From Pelomyxa schiedti (taxonomy: Eukaryota > Protista > Evosea), in the NCBI GenBank assembly GCA_020536535.1, contig JAHLWZ010000857.1:1-64000 (forward strand): a stretch of 64,000 nt of DNA. Direction: 5' to 3'. The notes beneath the pieces are model-generated. The model was given only the letters and a program-made list of their open reading frames with translations. It ran no database searches and was not told the origin of the DNA. Below are positions 49,884 to 62,800 of this stretch, in pieces (the stretch's first letter is position 1; the number at the start of each line of letters is the position of its first letter). The translations under genes and the position numbers were made by a program.

Positions 49884-52800
49884 TTAAACAGCTTGCTGAG
49901 GATTTATGCCAATAGGATCGGGGTGTATACGTAGAAGTTCGATGACAGTTTTGCGTACTGCGTAGAGGAATTGAGCCATTCTGTCAGTGGTAAAGTACTT
50001 GTAAAGATTGTTGGAGGCTGAAGCCACGAGATCCGCTACCTGCAATCTGTTTATGGAGATAAGTGTGCTGCACACAAGCATTTGGGCATATACGCTTCTT
50101 TGAATTGCCCCCTTCGAAAGTATAAATCCTGTAATAACTCGACTGTCTTGGGGATGCAATACTTCTGTAGTGCCTTCAGTCGTTCTGTGTAGTGATTAGA
50201 TTTGCTTCCAACCCAAATACTTGATATTCTCAGGGGTGTCAAGAGAATTGCCTTCAATTAAAAAAAAAACATACCACTTTGTTCAGGGGTCACAGATTCG
50301 AGGAAGCCGGGCTGATGCTGCAGGAACAAAATCAAACCTTGTTCGGCATTGGTCGCTAGTGTAGATTCGAAACCCTGCCATTGTTGGTTTGCTAACTGAT
50401 ATGCTTCAGCTGCTTGCTGGTACAGGAGCCTTTCACTATAAAGACCCTTGGCACTGTTTGAGGAATTAATGGAGAGTTGTGAAGTCAGTATCTCACCCTG
50501 GGGGTGTGGGCGCCTGTGGCTGCTTTTGCTTGTGTTCATCCCACTTGTGACATACGTGTCTGGCTTCGAGGTATCTTCGTAATTCAAGGTATTCGATAGC
50601 AAGTTGATTATATTCATCTTTCTTCTGGAACGTGGGAGCCAAGTTGGGAAGTTTGAATACAATTGGTTCTGTAGCAGTTTGAATTGTAGAGAGCAGTTTT
50701 TGTGGTAGTGGGCACTCCTCTTCAGTAAGGAGCTTGGCATACTGAAACTTATCCAAAACTATGCAAGTATTAGGTGACAAATGACAGAGGAATAAAGTAA
50801 AGTACGGATAAGTTCTCCCAGTAACTCATTGGCTCGGCGAAGGGCCATCTCCCACTGTGTTTCATCAAAACAGAGCCACTTAATTGCGTCAACTCGCTTT
50901 TCGAACGTTGCTGTGTTGATGGTCGAAGTGACAGAAACACTTGTGGCAGCTGCGCTGATGTTCGCTGTGATCTCAGTCTTGTTGAGATTCCACAGGTCAG
51001 CTAATTCAAGCATTTCTCGCCTGTCACTTGTGGGCACTCGAGATAAAAGGTTACTGTATGCAGAGATCCTTTCTTTGTCAGAAGGAATAAAGTAGCAATA
51101 CAGTGCAACAAGATGAAACTGGTTTTACGAAGGTAAGTTAAGAAGATTCGTTGTTAGGCCAACCTGATGAGATTCAATCAAATGGTCAATATAATGGTTG
51201 ATGATGATGATAAAAAGCCGTTTGATGTCCAAGGAAGGTTCAACAAAGTAAGGGGGGCATAAGTACAAAATGGCTAGATGCGTCGAGAAATGAAGTAAAG
51301 GAAGGGGGGGTGAAGTGGAAGCCCACTCCTTAAGGAGGGTAAAAATGCTGCTGATGTCATTTTGTATTATGGAGCATTGTAGCTGATGATATCGTGATGT
51401 AACTCCCGGCCTGAGATGTTGTTAAGAATCTCCTCCAATAAAAAGATAAGGGAGACCTGTCTTGGGTTGTGAGGAAAACGAAGATATCCTGAAGTTCAGA
51501 ATATTTCGGACTCTCTCTATCGAAAGTATAGGACATATCACCGGAAGACGGAATTTTGTACTTTCTGGCAAAGATGTATTACAATGAAGAACCAACCACG
51601 GGGAAAGGAGAGGCACTGGACAGGTGCCTTAATTGATTTCAGTGTGGGTGTAGGAGTCCGTTGTGTGAGTGCCAAGAATGAAAGAGTAAACACGACAGTA
51701 AAAACACTTAGAAGAAGGGGAACCTACCTTAATTCCTCATCAATGTGGTATTCTAGCAAAGTTTTCGTGTGGAGCCACAGGAGGTCCTCCCACGAAGTGC
51801 ATATTGGAAGGGCACAAGAGTGATTCCCTGAAAGAAGACCATAAATAGCTTTTTCGTAGATACTGTTAGATGTCTAGAAGGAGTAAGACAAAAAGACACT
51901 CATTACTCTCATACTTTACTCAGCATTGCACATGTTGATTTCCATAAAAATCTATTAGAGTTGCCGCAGACTTCGGTGGCTAAATATCGAGATACGTGAG
52001 CTCCTGGGGTAGTACAAGATTACTAACCAGTCTGGAAATAGGGTAGAGCCCCCATTAGAGTGGCTGCCCTCCACTGCCGCTTGGCCGAACAGCAAAGATC
52101 AATGGCTGCTGGTAATTGGCCAGAACGCAGTAAGTTCCAAACGTCCTCTAACAACTGCTCTTCTAATTTCTACTTGAAAAATCAGAAATTCAAGAAATAA
52201 AGTTAACATACCTGATCCTCCGATGAAAGGTTACAGTCCGGGTCTATTGAGATGCTGTCATCGCTTCTATGCAACACAGTATCTTCCATCCAACCTTGGA
52301 TATGATCAACGGCAAGTACATTTGTACGAGGCGGAAGTTGTGCAGATAGTTCCAGCCAATCCACAATAATCTGGGTACAGTCAGGTAACATAACTCTAAC
52401 TATAAGCACACCTTCAATTTTCTTAAGTGTGCACTACGGGCAAGAATGTCATTGATCGCTGTTTGGAGAGTGTATGTCTGGCTATTGTCTGCGGGCAAAG
52501 GAGAAATACTCCCGATTTTTTGTTCATTGGTTATCAGTTGCACCAGAGACCAAGTGGACCAGGCCCTATACAAGTGCTCATTCTGTAGTGGTGTTACAAA
52601 AAAGGAAAAGAGTGCCATAACGCCGAGTTCGAGGAGAGAAAAATAGACCACACGTTGATAGAAGAAAGATCCATTGCTCTACTTAGCGCTTCAGTAATCC
52701 TACGGTTTCATAAGATGAAACTCATTTGTTTGGAGTATGGAACTGGTTTTTTGCAGCCAAACACAAGTTGTTCGCGAGCCCACATTTATCAACAGAACGA

Positions 52801-53335
52801 AAATCCCTTTCGTGTCGTACAAGTGGTACTCCATGTTCTGCAAGTACATCACACAGGGGTGACTTCTCGTCCATTGCAGACACAATAGTAGGAATCTCTT
52901 TGTGTGAACTTTAGGATTCACATCCTCCTAGGAGGCATCTGGTACCTGGCTGATTAATCTTTTCAAAGACATCGCGGTCTCTGATGCTTCTCAGGTTCAT
53001 TGACTCGGAGACTTTTTTTAAAAAAAATAAAAAAAAAAACAAGTTGCATTAGGAAAAATCAGCATGAACGAACATAGCTAAGGCGTGGAATGCATACATG
53101 TATCATCCATTCTATCCTGTTGCTGGTCCGCGGCGCCGTGAAAGGCAGGCAAAGAGTCAGCGAAGGAAACCCTCTTCGAGTGGCCGTCGGCGACCGCGCT
53201 ACTGGCAGTCGCGGACATCATTGGTACGTCGTTGTTGCGCGTAGTAGAAGATGTGGGCATGGCAGACGCAGTTGTGGGCTTGAACCCGGATCTACGATTA
53301 CTGCGGTGCGCTGGTACTCCTCCGGTGGGCCTCAT
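49884..53335 (-). CDS. NUP107: Nuclear pore complex protein Nup107/Nup84 (multi-exon)
   Basis: IIVDWLE, GWMEDT...IDPD, GNSNRFLWKSTC, IYEKAIYGLLSGNHSCALPICTSWEDLLWLH. Confidence 0.82.
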
Positions 53336-53612
53336 TGCTCTAACAATAAAAGCGAAATGCAAGAGTTAGATCCAGGGCCCACAACGCGGCTGAGAAGCCA
53401 TCTTGTGACTGAAGGTATGTCCCTGTGGGAATATCTCGTCGACCCAAGTGGGAGCGTTCGGTGGTTCTCGCTTTGAGGGCGAAACGATCTGGAGTAAGAG
53501 TTGAAAAACTTGTGATGATGGAAAACTTCATCCTTTGAAGCAAAGGGGAAAAAAGCCCGACGGGCCGTAAACAAGTTAAAGACACAAACAGACGTGCACC
53601 CCACGCTCCGAA

Positions 53613-56600
53613 ATGAGTGACGTTGTCGATTTCCTCGATAGCTTCGACGATGCGTCGGCCGTGGACCCCGCGGCGGCCCCGGGCCCCACGCCGGGCGCCG
53701 CGCCCGTACCGCAGCCGCCCCCGCAGCAGCAGCACCAACAGCCCCCCTTGCAGCTCCAGCTCTTGCACGCGGCGGCGTCCCCCGCCGCGTCCCCACCCAC
53801 CGTCGCGCCCTCGCCGCCCACGCCCACGCCGACGCCCGCGCCAACACCCGCCGACGCAACCGCGTCCGTCTCCGCGGCGCCCGCGGTCAACGCCGCCAGG
53901 GACGTGGTCGGCTCCCCCGCTGTGGTCCTGGCCTCGTCGCCCGCGGCGGCCGACCTCGCCCGGGGCGCCTCCTCCTCCTCGTGCTCCGCCGACGCGCTCC
54001 CCGAGGAGCCCCCGCGCTCGCCCTCCCCCGACTCCGCGCCCCTGCAGCAAAGAGAGCAGCAACAGAATGTCACAATGACGATGCCCACGGCGCCCGCCGA
54101 GCCGGCGCCCGACCCCGACCCCGATCGCGATTGTGGGACCGAGCTCGCGGTGCGTGGTTTTGACCACGATGGCGTTGGCGGCGGCACTAGCGCCACATCA
54201 GGTCCTGAGGCCTACACGCCAATTTCGCCCGCGCAGTTGCAGCAGCTGGAATCAACCCCAGACAGAACCCCTGGCCTGAGCTTCGAGGAGCACATGCAGA
54301 TGGAGTCCCGCGGCGACATCAACATCATGATGTCCGAAGGCGGGCCAGACGACGGCGGCGTCACCGTTGGGATCGAGGGAAGCATCATGGGCAGCGCGGA
54401 CGACGGCCAAGTGGTGGTGGAGGGGTCCAACTTGGGCGCGCCGGCGGACCCGCAGTCCTTGGCGGCGCTGGGGAGCGCGGCGGCCAAGAAGGAGTACGAC
54501 ATCCCCGGCGGGGGAGATTCTTCGCTACAAGGCACCGCGGCCTCCTCTCACGCCGCGGATAAGAAGCCCGAAGGCGGCGGCGGCAAAGAGGGCGGGCGAA
54601 TTATCCACCTGAAGGACCGCGGCCGCCTTGATTACTTGGAAAAGGACCGCAAGAACGCGGCGCTGGACAAGGATTTGAAGGCGAGGCCGACGAGCATTAG
54701 GGACGCGCGAGGCAGTCGAGATTCGGACCCCAAGCTGCGAGATGGCATCAGAGCTTATGATAAAAACAAGCCTGCGAGAAGTGATAGGGAAGATAGAGTT
54801 TTCAGAAAGGAATCTCCTGAAAGGGAAAGAGACAGAGACAGAGACCGAGACCGAGAGAGAGACAGGGACCGCGACAGGGACAAAGATCATAACCACTCCA
54901 AGGAAAAAGAACGAGAACGAGAACGAGAGCGAGAAAGGGACAGAGATAGAGAACGAGAAAGAGAACGGGAACGAGAAAGGGAAAAAGACCGAGACAGAGA
55001 AAGAGAACGAGAACGCGAAAGAGAAAGAGATCGAGACAAGGAAAGAGACAGGGAAAGAGATAGAGACAGAGATAGGGATAGAGAGTTGAGAACCACAAAG
55101 GACAGGGAGCGGGAGAAAGAGAAAGATGCCCGTCACACCCGACACGATTCTGTAGAGACACTGTGTGTTAGGGGTTTACCTGAAGACCTATCAGAGGACT
55201 CCCTGAGAGGTTTGGTATCCAAGTACGGTCACCTTGAAAGAGTCTACAAACTTAGTGGAAGAAGGTTTCATTCTCCTGTTGTTTATCAATTTTACAGTAC
55301 TCAGTTATGGCTTCATGCAATATACAACTGCGGACAACACACAAACCGCCAAACGGGCATTGGACAATTTTCGACTCGGCTCATGTGTTCTCAGGACTTT
55401 ATTCATGCGGGTTATCTGCCTCTGGCCCCCAAATTCGTTGACAAAATGATTCTAAAATATTCAAATTAGGGATGGCCAGCGCATACAATGATTGTAGAGA
55501 ATGTAGCACCTTCTGACCAGGCTAAAATGGAGGACTTAGCCAATCATTATGGAATTGCCACAGTGAAAAAGGTTCACCTCGTGTGACTCTTTAGTGTCAC
55601 CAAATATGTTAGCAGGCTCCTGAAATGGACACATGGCTAATTACATTTCCTTCTATAGCTGAATGTGTGTCTGCATGTGTTCATATGCATGAGAAGAAAG
55701 TTGGCCCCAGAGTGATTAAAACTGGATTTTGGATGGTGACCTCCTTCTTATGTTCCCTATCGATCCTGATCTCCTTTCACCAAGAAGGGAGATGATGAAC
55801 AGCATACACATGACCATACCTATAGCAATTCTAGTACCCCTATGGTGTCAGGCTCTCGAAGTGAATCAAGACACTTGTTTGTTGGAAATTTGGATGAGAG
55901 TGTGTCCAAAGAAACTCTTGCTGAGACATTTGGTGTATATGGCTCTATTGAAGATGTGAAGATTTTTTATGGAAGGGGGTATGGCTTTGTGGACTTCACC
56001 AGCACACGTGTGTCAATTGCCCTGTTTTTTTACCTTTACATTTATCTTTTCTGTTGCTGCTCTGCTATTGTGGTCACATTTGCTTCATTTGCATGTTTTC
56101 AGAAAGTGCGTGTGTGGCAATGAAAGAACTTCAGAACAAAGTCTTTGGGACTCTACCAATATGCATCAAATTTGGCAAGGTGTTTAGATAACTTCTCTGC
56201 ATTGGCAAATGAATATTCCATCGCACAAAACAGCATACATTCAAGTTCCTTGCGTTGAATCTCATGTTTTTCAGGGGAGACCTTGCTCACAATTGTGTGT
56301 GTCAAGTATACCTCCACAGATGACAGAAGATGAGCTCAAAGCCATCTTTGAGCATTACGGTGTGTGAAACATAATGATTGTGGTGGCATAATGAATGTGG
56401 TGGAACTACACTGTTCACTGCAAAATGATAATGTGATACATCAATGTGAAATGCTCAAACATCATTTATTCAATGTGGCAACTCAAAAAACAAATGTGCA
56501 AAAACTTGCAAATTATGCAATTGTTCAACATCTTGCATCATTCCTCCCATGAACACTGTATCTGCAAAACATGAATATTCAATGTTACTTCAGCTGTGAT

Positions 56601-58876
56601 TTGATTATTCTGTTTCCAACAAATGATGTTTAGGGAGTGTCAGCAAACTTGCATTTTACCGGAACCAAGGCTGTGCAACTGTTGACTTTAGAAGCACCAC
56701 AAGTGCGCGGGATGCATTGAAAGACCTGCAGACGCGATCCTTCCGTGGAGTTCAACTACAAGTTGGATTTGGTCGTGTAGGTGTCTAGAGTGCATATTAA
56801 AACTAAGACTTAATTAGGAAACTACTGAGGATCCCAGGAATCAGTTGTCTTTCAAACCACAGGTATTTCTTTACTTTTCAGTTTCTTTTTCCTCACCAAA
56901 AATTTTCATCAGGTGAGTGACCAGACAGCAAAACGGACTTTGCATGTGGGATTCCCACAAGATATGCGGTACTCGACTTCCAACTATGGACTTGGTTAAC
57001 CAAATTTCCCATTGCCCAGAGTGGATCGACAGGCTTTGATAAACGCCTTTTCTCCCTACAGGGGAAATGTGAAACATCACCCTGGAAAACCTTATGCCTT
57101 TGTTATTTTCAACTCACGTGAACATGCGCATAAAGCAAAGCACGACTTAAGTGGCAGACTCTTGGGTGACTCGCGACTGAGTATTGAATTTGCAAAAATG
57201 GTAAGTGGAGACTGGTGTGGATAAATGTTCACGTTTTGTAAAAAGGATCGAGAAATGAATGAAGGGTATTCTCCGATCTATGAGGGGAAACCTTCGCCTG
57301 TGCATGAGACCTCAGCTCACTCTTTACCCCACACCGACAACCGCTCCCAAAGTTATCACGCAGAGGATGAGCAAGGTTTGTTTCAGATCTTTGTTTCTGT
57401 TGATGATCTCGGATTCAGGGCTTCCAAGGAAAAGACAATCGTCTCCACCATACGACTCTCAATCCACCAAGAAGATTAAGCCACAGTTGGCCCAATCAAC
57501 ACCCCAAATTCAACAATCCTCTGTACAGCCAGCAATTTCCACTCAACAAGGTTCTCAAATCATTCCGTCCCATAAAACTCTTGCCCTTAAACACGAAGCT
57601 CTGAGTGAAGCCCCCTCATCAGAGGTTAGTACTAAGCAAATAGGTTTTTGCCTCACTATTTGCAGGGTATGTGGAGACAAGAGGTATCTGCTCATACTGA
57701 CGCATTAAATCCTGCGATAGGGTACAAAATTTCCCTCCTTCCTCGCTCTTACAAAACTTCAGCCCTGTGATGGATGGTGCACATGCCCAGCCACATTTCC
57801 CACTTAACACTGTTTCTGTCATGGGAAGCCACCCACTAATGCAAGTACCCCAAGACGATCGCTACTCTGACATGAAGTATGCCCACTCTTTCTTTTCATT
57901 TTTTGACGGCGTTTTCTACAATTAGTTATCACACTATGGCAATGGAACAATATGCTCACACCCAGATTGTAAATCCAGAAGTCCCGCGAGACCCAAGATT
58001 GGCAGTTAGTTCAACCCCATCAGCAGAGAGTACTGCTGTACCTGACGCGCCAAATCAACATCACGACTTAGAGGAAGCTGCTCCACCTTCTTCACCTGTT
58101 TCCCCTCCTCCCTGTGCATGGACAGGTATTCTTGCCAAAGGTGATGTGGGTCTATGTCGATTGTCAGCTTACCATCACCGTGGACCCCACATTCAAGACT
58201 TAGTGTATGTCATTATCAGTAACCTCCTTCTTCTTATATCAACCTAGAGACCCTCTTCCAGATTCTTTAAATATAAAGAATCGCACAGATCTGAATAATT
58301 TGCCTTTGTATGTGCCTTTAGGACAGTCGTCAATGAGCTTCTTGGAGCCCTGTGAAGAGCATGATAAAGCTCCCTACCGCGAGTTTTATACCTATCTGTT
58401 GCAGAAAAATCGGGTTTGTTTGAGTTTGTTTGTTTCTTATCTGACATCACTCCCAGGCAGGGATGGGGAAAATGGGCAATTGCCATGTTTATGTCATCCC
58501 CTTATCAGCGCAGTCCGCACAGCTGTTTGGTTCTCACCGCCGGGACCTTTTGCTTGTTGTAGTACCAGCTGCCTTAAGTAAGTCTACTGGCCAACAGTTT
58601 TCTTCAACCCCCTTTGGTGCGTACCAACAGCAGATGGTATCACCCACTGTGAACCCGCTGTCTCTGCCTGCCCATATGATGATGCAAACCGGCCTCCTTC
58701 AGCAAGTATCCTCTGACCCAGCAATGTATAGTGCCGCCGTTGCCCACGCCCAAGCAATTCAAGCACAAGCAGTTCAAACACAGGCCCAAGTGCAAGCGCA
58801 GCAGATGCAACTCGCCAGGCAAGCCAACATCCCAAACGCCGCCTACCAAGCCGCAATACAACAACAACAACAACAA

Positions 58877-58959
<83 letters not shown>

Positions 58960-59374
58960 ACAACAACCACCAAACGTGCCATCCCAAATGCTCCAAGCCC
59001 AAAGATATACAACCACTCAGCAGCAGCAACAGCAACAACAACACCTGCACACACAGGCCTCCTCCGCCAACGCCTCGGGGTCCAGCAGCCGCCGGCACCA
59101 CTCGCGGTCCCGCTCCCGCTCCCCCGTCACGCACCACCACTCCTCCGGCGCCTCCGCCTCGTCGTCGTCCGGCAGCGGCGCCTCGGCCGCCGGCGGAGCC
59201 ATGAAGAGAACGGGCTCGCACGGGAGCAGCGGCCACGAGGGGGATTCCCGCAGCCAGGCCCCACCCCAGCAGCCGTCGTCTGGTGGCTCGTCGTCGTCAG
59301 GCGGGGGTCACTCCACCCATTCTTCTTCCATGCGGTCCTCTGGGTCGTCATCAAATAGGTCATCACGCACGTGA
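53613..59374 (+). CDS. Spen/FPA-like RNA-binding protein: low-complexity N-terminus, RD/RE repeats, multiple RRMs, SPOC domain, poly-Q tail (multi-exon)
   Basis: RRMs TLCVRGLPED, SRHLFVGNLDESV, PYAFVIF. SPOC WTGILAKGDVGLC...LNIKNRTDL...YREFYTYLLQKNRAGMGK...VYVIP. Confidence 0.82.
54820..55110 (+). repeat. Arg-Asp/Arg-Glu dipeptide repeat (AGAGAC/AGAGAA/CGAGAA-type hexamers)
   Basis: ERERDRDRDRDRERD... over about 90 codons. Confidence 0.9.
58859..58966 (+). repeat. Poly-Gln tract (36 CAA/CAG codons)
   Basis: Uninterrupted Gln codons in the last exon of the SPOC gene. Confidence 0.95.
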
Positions 59375-59887
59375 ACAGAACCTGCCCACACGCAGGACTT
59401 GTTGGCTGACCCCCCCCTTGCCTGTTTCCATAACTGCCAATACTTCAGCTTGAGACAAGTTGTACAGGGCTTGGTTCCAGGCTTTGCAAATGCTAATTTC
59501 TTGTTTTGAATTTTAAAAAAGTTCGCAGTTTAGCACCCATAACAGTGCTTTGGACCTTTGCACTGAAAATAGAAGCAAGTGGCCTTAGGAAAAAGCTGGA
59601 GCATTGGCAAGACCCCATAAGGGGAACACAAAGTTTTAACAAGTCTGTCCCCTTCTCCCATTCAGGACTGAGAGTGTGTTGTGGGTGATGGGCTGCTTGT
59701 GAAACGTTCTGCTTACCTCTAAGTGGGGAAAAAGCCTTGTTCCATTCTTCTGAGGAACATTTTTGGTTTTTTGGACTCAACCTCAATGAACACTCCAAGA
59801 CCTTGGGATCTGGTCGTTGGCAAATCAGATCTGGTCAGTCTTCTGAGAGTTCGGCGAAAGGACGCTCAAAAAAGCAAACAAAGGGAA

Positions 59888-62800
59888 ATGACGACGTTCC
59901 AGTCGCTGCTGCGGTCGTCGTCCTCGACCAACTTGGTTGTGAGCGCGGACGCTGCGTACGTACAGGCCGCTGGCGACGAGGCGATCGACGGCCTCATGGA
60001 CCGCGTGGGGCGCGGCGTCTCCGCCTTCGTGGCCGCAGGGGGGTCGCACTTTGCTGCCAAAGCGAGCACGGTAGCGGCCATTATGGGTGGCGATGAACCT
60101 AGCGGGGCTCGTGAGCCTGGCTCTCAGCCTTCAGGTTTGTTTCGCCTTGAATTCCTTAGTGAGGGGAAGTGGTTGGAATTAAATCCCATAATGTTCCTGT
60201 TGCCAATGTGTATATTTGGAAGCTATCATAATATGGTGTTTGGTATTAAGTACTATTCTAATTATTTCATTATTTATTTATTTTTTCTTTTCCTCTCCCC
60301 ACTGGAAATATAGCCTCGACTTATGGAATTACTGAAAAAAGTACCACTACTGAATTGCTGCAGCTTTTGAATAGAAAGGGGGTGGATGTGCGAATGCAAG
60401 TGTTGAGGGAGATACTCTCTAGGTGTTCAAATAATACTGGTGCTATCAATCCAAATGATGTGGTACAGCTGCTACAGGGCACTTTGAGGCCCTGCCTGAA
60501 TGCTCTTATGAATAAGGAAAATCCTTCAGAGCATGAAGTTGCTTTGAGGGTACTCCTGCTAGAAGCAAAAAGAGGTTTTTCTTCCCTCCTGTAGAGTTTG
60601 AGTGTTGCCTTACAATGTCAATAAGACTCTTCTTCTATCAGACAAGCTGGGTACATTTCTTATCTATTTATTGTATTAGATTTTTTATAAAATTTAGTGG
60701 CATCCCAACCCTTGTTTCCTTCCTTTCCTCTGCTTCACCTGCTGGGAAAGTTATGGACTTAGTTGTACTTCAAACTCTCGCATCTCAACGTTTGTACTCT
60801 TTGCCATTTCTTTTCTTTGAGTTCCCTTTGTAGGAAAGAACAAGGACTTCATAATGAGATCTGGGTTTGTTGAGTCAGCAATGCCTCTATTGGGTCCTGG
60901 ATTTCCTCTTCCAGTACAAATCAGTGCCATGCGTGCTTTATGTAGCTTGACTGCAGAACGTACCCTCCTTCCCTATTTTCAAGCCTTTGCTCATACGTTG
61001 CTCTTCCCTTTTTTCAGATAATAAATCCCAAGAGTTAGTGTGCAAGCTCAGTGGGTGGGAGTTAATGATGAAAATTATAGGTGATCCCACAACTCAGTCA
61101 AAGCTTCTTATCCCTGCCCTTCTGTTATGTGAGAAACTTTCAGAGTGTGGTGTGGAGCTTTGTATTTTTAAAGTTTCCCTTACTTTGCCAAGCCACTGTT
61201 AAGAGCACAGTTTCAAAAGTAAATATCAGTACTCTCATGTCAAAGTTAGATGTTTCTCTTGTCTACACACAGACATTTCAGGTGTGAATTGAGTTTTATT
61301 GCCTCTGCTCATTACTGCAAAAGGGAGTCTATAAAGGAGAAGCGAAGACCCCAGAAAGGGAAATTTCCATTCAGGTATCTACATGGCACAATTAGGTAGC
61401 CAAAAATATTTATTCCGCAGATACATACTGCAGTGATGTCAATTTTGACAGAACTTGCTTTTTTGGGTATACCCCCGTAAAACATAAAATCCCTAACAGT
61501 CCAAGAATTACCTAGAGAAGTTATTTCATCTACTGGAGGAATTGAACTGGCCCTTTCATTTTTGAGGCCTCCCCCAGATATTCCTTTTGATGTCTTAGAG
61601 TGGTGTGTTACATATTGTCTCCCATGTTTAAGAGTAATTAGGGACATGGATATTGAAGCAAGTGTATTAGGTCTTCTGAATAACTTAATGCTCAGCAGTG
61701 TGTCCCAAGTTTCTTAGTTTTTTTTATCAATAACAGTATTTACACTAATCTCAATCTGGGGTATTTCAGGTCAGAATAGGCAAAAATTTGTTCAACTAGA
61801 TGGGCTGAAACCTATTGAAAGCATTCTGGCTTTGACTGATATTTTTCCTGAAAGTGTGGTCCTCACTTGTGCTTCTGTAGTTTCCAAGCTTTTTGATGGT
61901 ACGGCCATGATAGAAAAAATTACACAAAATTAAGTAACCATCAAGATCTGGCACATGGAGCCAATATGGAAACAATTGTGAAACTCCACAGACTTCTACC
62001 CAACAACGAAAAACTACAAAAGTACAGCCTACAATTGAAGTTGTATAACCCTTTTGCAGAGTTCTTATTTCCAGCATGCAATCCTTGTGTACTTCTGGTA
62101 TTTACCTTGGAAAGGTGAAATTCTCATTCTCACAGAGCAGGGTCGTGGACAGATATTTCAAGCAGGAGGAGTTCAAATTCTCATTGAGAAACTCAGTCAA
62201 AATCTCAATGCTGATATTACTTCAAACATTGTTAAAATTCTTATGCCTCTTTCAGTTGACAGTGCGTTATCCCTTTCTTCATTTTTTTCTTTTAAAACCT
62301 AAAACTTTATTTCATGCTAGAGTTCTTCCGCAAAGTGCTGCGTGCCATTGAAAGTGCTTTTACATCTATTATTATTCATCTGTCCACCACAACAGATGAA
62401 GCGCTGCAGCTACTTTTGTTGGAACTTATAAATCAACTTGCATGTGAAGGTTACTTCACCCTAAGAGCTTCGTTGGACTCAAGTACTTTAGACCTTGACT
62501 CCAAAGTAGCACTCAGTAAAGTTAACATTGGGGAAACTCAAGCTGCTGTGTTCTTCCATCTGGCTAGATTGTCGGCAAATGGAAGTGATGCTGTTAAATT
62601 AAAAGCTATGGATGCATTCCTGCAAGTCTATCATCCCTGTAACAACACGCCCTCTCCAAGAACGGTTTTTTACACATCCCAGCAACCATAAATATGTTCA
62701 TTGCATCGGGAGCATTGAAAACGGTCATTCAGCTTTTAGTTTGTAAGAATCAGAACATACAGAAGAAAGCAATCACGTTCATGTCCGCTTTGTTTACAAA

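Noticed and set aside
54820-55110. Periodic repeats (also 32620-32697 and 58859-58966) as CRISPR or satellite arrays
   Set aside because: These are in-frame coding microsatellites with no repeat-spacer structure.
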